From Microbotryum violaceum (lineage: Eukaryota), in contig CDLV01000014.1 of NCBI GenBank assembly GCA_001244265.2, forward strand, positions 620,001 to 684,000: DNA of 64,000 nucleotides, read 5' to 3'. Shown here one piece after another: positions 47,908 to 59,053 of this stretch; position 1 is the stretch's first letter; every line of letters begins with the position of its first letter. The notes under the pieces are model-generated. The model saw only the letters and a list, made by a program, of their open reading frames with translations, did not search any database and was not told the origin of the DNA. A program made the translations under genes and the position numbers.

Positions 47908-50184
47908 ATGTCAGGCCGATATGGCGTCCCCGCGGCGCAGGAGCTGCGATTTGCCAAGAAAGGGTCCACCCCGGGCGTGATGCGTCGTACTGCGGTGCTC
48001 AACCCGGCTGACCGTGGCCTGCTGCGAGACCACAACCTCCGCCTCGTCCTGCCCGGATGGTCGCCCTCGTTGCTGGTCGCGTTCCGCATGATCATCCTCG
48101 TGCGGTTCTTTGCAGCCATGTACACCTCCCTCACCGGCTACGAGGAGGCGTTTGACCACTGGGAGCCGCTACACTATCTTGTGCGCGGCCACGGGTTCCA
48201 CTCGAGGGGCTACTCGGCCGACCACCCGCTGCAGTCCTATGTTCTGCTCGTCCTCGCCGCCATCCCTGCGCGCATTGGATCTCTGTTCAATTACTCGAAC
48301 AAGGTCAGTTTATCTAGACTGCCCCAGATGCGACTCTTTACACCGACTCACGCGAGATGCCCACCTCCGCAGCGCGTGTGCTTCTTCCTCGTGCGACTCG
48401 TGCTCGGCACCGTGTCCTCTTACGCCGAGGCGCTCTTCTACCGCGCCGTCACGGACCATGTTTCGCCGCATGTCGGGCGATACGTCCTGTGGGCACTCAT
48501 CTTCTCTTCCGGGTTCTACGAAGCGGCCACGTCCTTCGTCCCCGCGACCGCCGCGCTCTTCTTCGTCCTGCTCGCCTCGGCCTTCGCACTTCGTCCCGCA
48601 GACGTGACTACTCGACGGATCGTCATGCTCGTCACGGGCTTTGTGGCCGCTTCCTTCATCTCGACGCCCTTGGTCGCATTGCTAGCAGCTCCTTTCGTCG
48701 TCGAGCAACTGTTGATGCAAGGCACCGAGCAAAGGATCCCGGCCGGGCAGTCCGCCGCTACCATGGCGGACAGGGCCAGTCAGCTCGGCTTAGCACTTGC
48801 TGCGAGTGCAAGTGTCTTGGTGAGTTGGCAATCGGACGCGACACGGTACTGGAGCGAGTGTTGACCCCCTTATACTTATGCATCACCAGTTACCGATTGT
48901 GCTCTTCGACTCGCGAGCCTATGGACAATTCACGATCGTGCCTCTGAACGTGCTCAAGCAAACCCTCGCCACGACGTCGTTTTCGCCCAACTTCGCAACC
49001 TTGTCGTACTACCTGTACCACTCTCTGCTTCAGCTCAACGTTCTTCTTCCTCTAGGCCTTCTCTCCCTTCCCGCTTTGGCCCTCACCGTCAGGGTCGACC
49101 CCAAGCGATTCGGCGACTTGCGCGATCGTCTTCCTGGACAGACCCACCCTGCTCTGTCCTTGGCTCTTCGACTCGTACCCATGCACATCTGGCTCGTCGC
49201 GCTCTCAATGCAACCTCGACGTGACCCAACTTTGCTCTTCCCCGCTTTGCCATTCTTCTTGCTCAATGGCACCACAACGATCTACTTTGCGAGGTGCTGG
49301 GTCGAACAGGCGTACCTGTCCGTCACCAAGTCCCCCTACAAGGTTCGTCCTTGTCCGTGACTCGTTCTCTTTGCTTGCTCGGTGAGCTTACAGGTCATCT
49401 TTATGCTCGTACAGTCGACTAAGACGGTCCTCTTTGGCAACGTCACGCGCGGATTCATGTTCGTAACGTGCCTGCTCTCCTTCGCTCGCATCCGAGCAGA
49501 GTACGAGCACTTCCACGGTCCTTTGATGATCTACGCCCACCTGCAAAACTACGAGCTCCCTCGCTTGGCCATCTCGCGTTTCCCCGGAGCGTACGGCAAG
49601 AAGGCTCCCGACCCGACCCTGCCTCGACTCAACTTTAGCATCGCGCTCGACGAATGCGAAACGGTGATTCCGCTCGATCGCTTGAGCGAGTTCCACCTCC
49701 GCTTGTGCTTAGGTGCCGAGGCGAAGCGTTTCCCCAGTCACTTCTTGGTCCCCGATCAGCTCGAGGTCAAGTTCATCGAAGGTGTCGAGAAGCATGTGCC
49801 GCAACCTTGGGTCCCGAGTGCTGGGTCGGGGTTGGGGGGGCGTGCGACGAACATCAGCCCGAGTCGGACGCAGGTCTTGGAAGGATTGGTTAGTTGAGAA
49901 GCCCCGGGCAGGAGAGTCTCATTTCACTGAGCTGATTCCGTCTTCTTTTTTGACAGGTGGAGGAATCGACATGTCACTATGTGATCGACGTAGACGAAGC
50001 CGATACGGCCAAAGCCCCCCGGTTCGCCTACTCCGAGTGGGACCGCGTGCTGTGCATGCCGGTGCTCGACGTCGCCAAGTCGTCCACCTGGGCCACCAAG
50101 TGGAAGTTGCCCTTACCGGCCAGTTGGCAAGGACAGACGACGTACAACGAATATTGTTTGCTGAGAAGTAAAAATTTGTTATAG
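47908..50184 (+). CDS. ALG9-like (GT22) mannosyltransferase, strongly divergent
   Basis: WEPLHYL, FFLVRLVLG, DSRAYGQFTIVPLN, RLCLGAEAKRFPSHFLVPD, CHYVID; multi-TM; reading frame intact. Confidence 0.75.
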
Positions 50185-50414
50185 ACCAAAGCGCCAATTG
50201 TGCGTGTAATACCAGAAGAGATGAATTGAGACGGAATTGGTTTTCGGTCGCCGGCTCGTCGGTCCGGCCGAGAGATCACGTGACCCTGGCGAATCACGCC
50301 ATCGTCGACGCCTTCCCGTTTGTACCCCGCGCGCATTTCGGAATTCGACGAAGCTCCTGCTCTGCCTAGCCTTCGCAGTTTCATTCTTCTCTTCTAGCAC
50401 GCAGCCGCTCAAAC

Positions 50415-52337
50415 ATGTTTTCGACCCGTTTGAGTACTTCAAGTTGGCTCTCGCTCGCTTCACTGCGCCACGCCTCGACGCAAGCTGTAGCTCGGTCGAA
50501 CTCGACCCACAGTCGCAACTGCAACGCGCTTTCAAGGCTGAAGGAAGGACCATCAATGATGGTGATATCGCCATAGTCGATCCCGCTCATCTCCATCACT
50601 GTGAGTGGGCAATGAGGCGAGCTTGAGGCCAGGCTTGCGCTTTGGGCCGCTGGTGGTCGATCGCAGCTCGTCCGCAAAGAGGAGTGAGGAGCGGACTAAT
50701 TTTCGGGTCGATCGGTTTTTGGTGCTTTTGTTCCACAGATCAACCTGGGTGGACGCTTGTGTCAGTCAATAAAGTTTTGTTCCAGAAGTCCGAAGATCAG
50801 AGCTCACGGCCATGCCCCACCTACTCAAACACCTTACAGCGGCTCCGGTCTCGCCGAGCTGGACCAAATGGTCAAACCGCTGCAGGATGTGATTCCTTCC
50901 GGAGTCAAGCACTATTCGGCCGCTGTCGAGTCCTTCTCTCCTGAATCCAACTCGATCAAGACATCTGACGGCTACACGATCTCGTAAGACTACCTTTTTT
51001 TTCTCCTCGGCCGAGCCCTTGCATACCGAGAAACCCCTGACACACCCACCCACCCACGAAGTTACGATTACCTCGTTGTGGCGCCGGTCTCAAATCCGAC
51101 TTTGCCAAAATCCCTGGATTGCCGGAAGGCCTGAAGGACCCCAACTCGGGCGTATCGAGCATCTACCACTACGACTCGGTCCAAAAAGCCTGGTCCAATA
51201 TCAAGAACTTCCAAAAAGGAACCGCGATCTTCACTCAACCTGCGGGGATCCTCAAGTGCGCCGGAGCAAAAGATCATGTGGATGGCTCTGTCGCAGTGGA
51301 AGAACGATGGCAAGAGGACTGCGGTTGAACCGACTTTCGCGACTGGGGCACCGACAATGTTCGCTGTGCCCAAATATGCGAAGGCCTTGGAACAGCTTCG
51401 TGTCGAGCGCAACGTAGGTGGACTCTTCTCCCACAACAACGCCAAGAAGACGGCGACCTTCGATGTTGGAGCCGGAAAAACAGTCGACAAAAGGTTCGAT
51501 CTTTTGCACGTCGTCCCTCCCCAGGGTCCTACCGATTTTATCAAAAAATCGCCCTTGGCCGATGCAGGAGGATGGGTCGCCGTCAATGCCGCGACGACGC
51601 AGCATGTCAAATACCCCAACATCTTTTCGATCGGCGATGCGTCGAGTTTGCCCAACTCCAAGACCGCAGCCGCGATAACAGCGCAGGCACCGGTCTTGGT
51701 CGATAACTTGAGGGCCCACTTGGAGGTCAGTTCGAAACCTTAGAATTGGGCCAGGTGTCAATTTGTAGACCCGATACTGACAACTTAATTGTTTCTGGAT
51801 CGACGGCAGACGGCTACGCCAGTTGGTGAGTTGACAATGATGTGGCAGAAGGGCGGCGTGGGGCTGCAAACTGATATCTCCCCGGCTTCTTTCATCAGCC
51901 CCCTCCTGACCGGTCACAACGAGCTCATGCTCGCCGAGTTCAAGTACGGTGGTGTACCTAAGGAGACTTTCTCCAAGTACCCTTTCTTCGAGTCACAGGA
52001 CAAGCCCACCGCCACGTTCTTTTGGTTAAAGAAGTAAGACGGCCACGATTTCCAGTAATTCTACATGAGGAGCTTTGCACGTGATCTGACCACCACATCG
52101 GCGTCCTTCCGGGCCACTCCCAACAGGGACTTCTTCCCTCGCATCTACTGGTCCTCTTTCTTAAAGGTGAGATAAAATTCTTGGGTTTATCCAGGTGGCG
52201 GGCTCAGTTTCCGCGCCTCGAACGGAAATGAAAGGGTCGGGCGAAAGCGCTCCGGGCTGAACCTCCACTTACCCCCTCCACTTGCGCAGGGTACCTGGTT
52301 CGGTCCTAGGGGTTTCTTGCGCCCCACGGCGTATTAA
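50415..52337 (+). pseudogene. Mitochondrial sulfide:quinone oxidoreductase (SQR/Hmt2-like), disrupted
   Basis: DIAIVDPA.HH|YQPGWTLV, YDYLVVAP, KCAGA, DLLHVVPPQ, IGDASSLPNSKTAAAI, DGYASC|PLLTG, LAEFKY. GxGxxG segment missing and several frameshifts. Confidence 0.85.
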
Positions 52338-52961
52338 GACGGTGCATGGCGTTGGGTTCTTGTCCATAAAGTAGAACAGGTCTGATTGTATTATTAGGTT
52401 ACTTCAATGTAATGGGGCATCATATCATTATACAGGTTTGATCGAGAATCGTAATTCAGGCCAGAGCGCGATCGGGCAAGCGGCGCAGATCTGCGGATCG
52501 ACTCGAGCATACAGGGAAGTACTTCATCGACTATGATATCGAAAGCAAAGTGATTTCTCACCGACGTGGGTAGGTGCGACGAACCCGCGCTTCCTCCAGT
52601 GGTGACGAAGTTGTGACACCTATTCCAATCGTGATTGCGCCGCTACGATATGTGGAGCCAGGAATGCACTTCAGGGTTGAGGCCTTCAAAGTGGTTTTGG
52701 CTCGAAATGTTGTTGTCTTACTTCTTTCTTCTCCCTTCAAACCACATCTCTCTTTACACCTCCTGACCTATCACTACCACAAAAGTGAATTGATTTGGCT
52801 CATACCGACATGTTTTCGTCTTGCAAATGCTGGCACTCCGATGATCGGCCAGTGTCTACTCAGGTTTACAAGTCTGAAGTAAACCGCCGCACAAGGGAAA
52901 GGATACTTTTAGTTTAGATTGGCTTGCTAAACTTCAACAAACTCTTCCGCCTCTTGTGCAG

Positions 52962-54400
52962 GCTACGGCGCTTTCGATAAGGACTCCATCAAGGGGAATT
53001 TCAAGAATTTCGAGTACGAGCCCAAGAAGTGGGACGAGACTGACGTTGACATCAAGATCTTATACTGCGGTGTCTGCGCTTCCGATATCCACACTGCCAG
53101 CTCCGGATGGGGTGAGTTTTCAAGCCAGGCTTTCTTCAACTTGCTCGAAGCGGGTAGTGGCGGAAACTGACGGGTTTTCCGATTCGTCTCTTCTGGCTCG
53201 TACGCAGGCGAGACCGATTACCCTCAAGTTGTGGGTGAGTAGATGCCAGAAGTAGTTCTCATAAGTCAAGATGCTGACCAAAGGCTCAACCTCTTCAGGT
53301 CACGAACTCGTCGGTTATGCCGTCCGCGTCGGCTCCGAGGTCAAGCACGTCAAGGTCGGCGACCTCGTCGGTGTCAGAGCCCAGAACGATTCTTGTGGCG
53401 AGTGCGGTCAATGCACTGCCCACCGTGAGCCGTACTGCGACAACGGCCAGGTCGGTACCTACGCCGGCGTGTATAAGAAGGGCAACGGTAAAGGTGACAA
53501 ATCCTACGGTGGTTATGCCAACTACCATCGAGCCCCTGGCCACTTCGTCCTCCAGATTCCTAAGGGTCTTGACCCTGTAAGCATCTATCCGAGACCTGTT
53601 AATCATTTCATGTTCTGACCTTGCCTCCTCCCATTCGCAGGCTCTTGCCGCCCCCATGCTTTGCGGTGGTGTGACCGTATACAGTCCCCTCACCCAATAC
53701 GGCGCGGGTACGATTGCCAAGGACGTTGGTATCGTTGGTATCGGTGGTCTCGGTCGTACGTCCGATATCCAACTTTATTTGAGGTGCTTCGACGACAGTC
53801 GAGCCTGACACTTCGCCTTCTCTCCCTTGCAGACTTTGGTCTCCTTTTCGCCAAGGCGCTTGGCGCCAACGTAACCGCGATCTCGCACAGTGCCAGCAAG
53901 AAGGCCGACGCTGAGAAGATGGGGGCAAGTCGCTTCATCGAGTCGGGTGATGGTTCGGACAAGAATTTTGCGCCTTACAAGCGCTCGCTCGACTTGATCG
54001 TCGCCACGACCAATGACGATAAGATGCCGATCCTCGGCTACCTGTCCCTCTTGCGCCCCGGTGGAAACCTCATCCTCGTTGGCGCTCCCGAAAAGCCTCT
54101 TCCTCCTCTGCCTGCTTTCCCCTTGATCCTCAGCAACGTCCATATTGGTGGCTCAGCGATCGGATCACCCAACAAGATTGCCGAGATGATCGAGCTCGCG
54201 GCCACGCAGAAGATCCACCCTTGGATCGTCAAGCGTCCTCTGGACTCGGTCAACAAGGGAGCCAGGTGGCTTTTTGATGCCTTACTTGGACGGTCCGCTT
54301 TTACGTGGTGCTATATTCACTGACATCATCTTTTTCTCCATCTTCAACTAGGTACCGCTTCGTCTTGGTCAACGAGGAGAACGGCGGCAAGCTCGACTAG
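52962..54400 (+). CDS. NADP-dependent zinc alcohol dehydrogenase (cinnamyl/ADH6 type); start exon not found and C-terminal segment shortened, possibly pseudogene
   Basis: CGVCASDIH, VVGHE, SCGECGQC..C, GGYANY, APMLCGGVTVYSPL, VGIGGLG, GGSAIGSP, RYRFVLVN. Confidence 0.85.
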
Positions 54401-55147
54401 ACAGTCTACTCGGGTGTTCACAGTACGACATATATTCGTGTTGATGAAGAGCGTTTCAGTGCAACGAGTTGAAGCATTGTGCGAACCTACAAAAATGAGA
54501 ATGATGTTTCCTTCCTCTTGCGCCGAGTGCGCACGTTCGCTTTCCGAGTCGAGAATCCCCGAAGACTCGGAGTCCTTTGACGGCTCTGGCGTGGTCGAAC
54601 GAGTAAGGTGTTACACCTGAACAGCGGCTGGGGTGTATTGCATGTGTAAGCTACGCTAGGTGTGTCAATGGTACAAACGGAGACAAAGCGTGTGCCTCAC
54701 CTCGGGGCCCCTCCGAGTCGGGAAATGTCGCCGTCGACTGCTTGGCTGGCGCTTATCCGGCTTGCCGCCGTTCCGAGGTCCGACTTCTCCTGCTCGGCGG
54801 CCGAATTAAGGAGACCTATATGTTGTCAGTCTGTAGACGCTGCCATCGTCTACTTGATCTCGGTCCTCGGCTGTCGCTGTCTAAAAGTGATGTTGAGTCG
54901 AACCGTTACTGAGCCATTTTATGAAACGACGACCACCGTGCGCAATCGACGAAGTGGGCTTATGCCGATCGCCGCCCTGTTTAGCAAGAGGCACCGGACC
55001 TCCTTGGACAAGCTTGGACAATAAAAGTCAGCCTTAGTCTCGACTCTCCACCCGCCTCAAGTAGCTCACTTGCCTTACACCAGCCTGCCACTCGTCCGCA
55101 CCACCCCATCGTCAGCAGCGGGAGTTTAATCCTCGACCACGAGAAGG

Positions 55148-57565
55148 ATGCTCAAGAGGACTACATCGTCATCACGCTCGATCAAGTCGACGAGCGACAC
55201 GGAGCCGGCCTCTTCCGGAGCCGCCGCGGCGGGGGTTGGTGGAGGCAGTAGTGCCAGTGCCAGCGAGGCGGCGTCACAGACCGGCGGGTCACCTGACAAC
55301 GAAGCGGCGACCAGCAGCTCGGACAATCCCGATCTAGCCGCGGGACTGGAGAACCTCGACATCATGGATGGGCAGACACAGTCCGAGGCGTCAAAGTTCA
55401 AACAGTTGGTTGCCATCATGAGGTACGTTCGCGAGTTACGGCTTCTCACCCGTCAGACGCTGGCTCTAGGCCACAAAGCACAGAGCTTTGTCCGGAGCGC
55501 ACACCGGCGCACGGTCGGCGTCGTCAACTGTGAAGGCTCGAGGCCTGCTCTCCTGTTCAAGGCCGCACAAGCCAGATGCGAGATCAAAGGGACGGCATAG
55601 CACAGAACATCGATGCTGATGCTGCGACCTCGTACGTAGGAAAGCGCTCAATGTCAAGGACCTCACCGGTTTGAGGGTGTCGTTGCCAGCCAATCTTATG
55701 GGTCAGTCCCAAAGGTTTTCGGATCCAGATCGACTCCAGCTGAAACCCATCTTCAAACCCCGTAGAGCCGGTGGGTAATCTCGAATACTGGAACTATCTC
55801 GACCGACCCGACTTCTTCGCCGCCATTGGCGAGTCCGACGATCAGCTCGAGCGCTTCGTCTCTGTATTGCGATGGACCTGTACGTCAACTGGCTAGAGGC
55901 AATTTTTCGAGCGCCGTTCATGAACTAACCACTCGGATCGATATCCCCAACCAGTCACCAAGGATCTCAAATTTGTCAAAGGAAAAATCGCCAAGGTTGA
56001 TATATTTCCCTGTTCTCGTTAAAATTCTCCTCAGTCCTGACTCCGTTGATCGTTTCTTGACGCGCAGCCTTACAACTCGATCCTAGGCGAGCATTTCCAT
56101 GCTTATTGCGATACCGAGCCCGTGTCTTTCACGACTTCGGGTGAACCTCAACCCCATCTCTACATCGACGAGGAGCCTTCCGCGGAGGTGCTCGCCAATG
56201 CTGGCCTCCCCTCCAAGGCGAAAACAAAGCGCTCCTCGACTCCGTTCGAGCCGTCGCGACCTACGTCCAAAGAAATTTACAGCGAGGACACAAGTGCCGT
56301 AGTCGGAGGTGTAGCCTCGTCCAGCGTCTCGACCCAAAGTGGGACGACCCAATCGACGGCCCCGACGTCCGTGACGACGTGCAGTCGTGGACCAGGCAAA
56401 GCCCGCGTCGTCTTCCTCAACGAGCAGACATCACATCACCCGCCCATCTCGCATTTTGTGCTCGAGTCTCGGGGCCCGTATGGGACGGTCAGGTGTACTG
56501 GCGCGGACCAGGTTTCAGCCAAGGTGAGAGCGACTTTCTCTGCCGTGTCAACGCTGCCAAGCACAATGTATTCTGACACTCCGGGACATCTACAGTTCAC
56601 TGGTACGGCATTGAAGGTGTTCCCTGGGCCTCGCAATAAGGGGTTGTTCCTCATTTTGCCCGATCGAGATGATGAAGAATATCAAGTGAGTGGGACCGAC
56701 TGAAATCGCTTGACTGGGAAAGTCGACTGATGAAAGATTGTGTTCCTCTATACACTTCAGATCACCCACCCCACTGCCGTGGTCACCGGCCTCGTACGGG
56801 CTTCGCCTTATGCGACCATTTCCGAATGCACTTACATCACCCAACGCGGTGGGCCGAAAACGTCCAACAAGCACTACCGTGCCATAATTTCGTACCCGGA
56901 CGAAGCGTGGTTGTCCAAAGCCAAGTTTTTAGTCGAAGGTGTGATTTACAGCTGTGAGGGCGATGAGGGAGAGGAGGAGTTCACCAAGGTCAAGCAGGTG
57001 CCGGTGGGGAGGATTGTCGCTACGTTCAATGGGTGTTGGAGAGGGCAGATCCGGTATACTTTGACGGGGCAAGAGGTGCGTAACGATATGCTAGCATGCC
57101 GTGCGGGCGACCACGCTGTACTGACGAAGTGAGGGGTTTACTTTGCGACAGGACTCGAAACTGCTGGTGGACATGGTACCGCTTCTGGTTGCCCCTAAGT
57201 CGGTCGCCCCGATCGAGCAACAAGATCCGCTCGAAACGCGCAAAGTGTGGGATGACGTTTCGCAAGCTCTGCTGCGGAAGGACTTTTCCAGTAAGTAAAT
57301 CCATGCTTATTGTCTTCCCGGAGAATAAATAAATTGATAATCCTTTCGTTCCCGTCTTGCAGCCGCGGGCAAGAACAAACGAGCGCTGGAGCAACGTCAG
57401 CGCGACAACGCCGAAGCGCGCAAGAAGAGTGGTGAGGTATACACGCCGCGCTTCTTCCAACCTGAAGCAGAGGGGGACGCATGGGGCGGGCGACCAACGT
57501 TGACGCAGGAGGGGTCGGAGGCGATCGAGAAGGAATTCAAGGCTGAATATCCGAAGCCTGAGTGA
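55148..57565 (+). CDS. Oxysterol-binding protein (Osh/ORD-only)
   Basis: RVSLPANLM|EP, K|PYNSILGEHF, EQTSHHPPISHF signature, LETRKVW, KRALEQRQR, PRFF; all exons in frame. Confidence 0.92.
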
Positions 57566-58042
57566 AGGAGGTGGCGGCGGCAGCCGCTGTTTAGGAGGCA
57601 TTCGAATTGGGGGTTCTGCAGTGTTGTGTTGATTTAGCCCCGACTAGAGGGTAAATTATAGTGTACTATCTACCTGACTTACCCTGATATCTTAGAACAT
57701 AAACGCCCTGTGTACCCAGTCCGAGTGGTGATGGGGGATCGACATCGGAGGCGATCTCTTCCTCCAAGTCGAGTAGGGCATCTACAGCCAGCGAGACTAG
57801 AACATGTGCCATGGGAATGGCCGTCAGCTATCGATGGCGTAGGAGCCGAAACGTTCTCGGGCTTAAAACTTTTGCGTTGGATACCTTGGTTGCACAGAGC
57901 TTGAGGGGCACACTGAGCTTAATAAGCTTGAGCCCCACTTGCAGCGCGCACGTTCGGACGAGGACCTTGGCCGCGGCGGATACCCGAATCGACCTGGCGG
58001 CGGTGTAACCACTGTGTAACAGGACCCCCGAAAGCCCAGCCA

Positions 58043-58137
58043 GAGGCGCATGCGGAAAAACGCCCTTTTTTGGCCTTTTTGTCAAAGTTTTTTTACCCTA
58101 TTTTGGCCCCAAAATGTCAAAATTTCGCATGCGCCTC
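58043..58137. repeat. 12-bp perfect inverted repeat flanking A/T tracts
   Basis: GAGGCGCATGCG (58043-54) and CGCATGCGCCTC (58126-37). Confidence 0.85.
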
Positions 58138-59053
58138 GGAAATATTATCAAAATGTGTTCTACATGCTCCAAAAGTCGCTCAAAAGTCCTCGAAAACGCG
58201 TTCCGAGCGTATGCGGGCGCCGCCGCGGCCTATCGAAAGTGGCTTGCGGCGCGCGTCGCTTCGGCTGGTGTTGCGCGTGGCTCCAGGCTTCAAACAAGCC
58301 TTCCTTGCTTTGCTGGCTGGCTCGCTGCTTCGTTGTCAGACTTCCTTTTTGCTGAAGTTGAGCTCCTTGTTTCCGCGGTGGCATTTGTGCGACTTGTAGA
58401 GGTTCTGCCGGCGGCATCTCGCAGGCCGGGCATGCTCCGAAGGGCGGCAAACCTTTGCTCGGCATGTGCGCTCGTGCTGATTAGGCGCTCGTCCGGGTAA
58501 CATGAGGTAAGGTCCGTGGTTGAATGATATGTAGTCGTTGACGGGCCTAATAACTCGATGACCTGTCGACCATCAATCATGCGGAACGGCATAGTGCCAT
58601 CAATGAGGTGTGTGGAATAGCATGTTTTCTTGATGAGGCGAAGCTCCTGTACGACGACGTTTGAGAGTAGAACCAACGAGGCGAGCGTGTCTTGGTTGCA
58701 GTGGTTTGCTGTCACTTTGCTGTAGATGTATCGCACTGTAGGACACAAGACTTGTGTCAAACGAGAACTTCACAGCTCAACTGCCACTCAAAACAATGTA
58801 CCAATTCCGATAGACAGCGCTTCTTCTCCATAAGCAGTTTGATCGCAGCTGAGTGAATGCATGCCACGCTTGAGGCCAAAGCAGATCAGAGATCCAATCT
58901 CCAATGGTGTGGCAGCGGTTACAGCTCCGTCAAGCGATCCAAAATGAGGATAGCGTTGTGCTAGCGCTCCGTACTGCTTGTCTCTCTCAGGGAGCTTTTC
59001 CTAAAAGTATAGGACCGGCAAAACATTAGATCCAGCTGCCTTCGTTCCTAAAT

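Noticed and set aside
57700-58009. Gene remnant between OSBP and the element
   Set aside because: Short open frames with no recognisable similarity.
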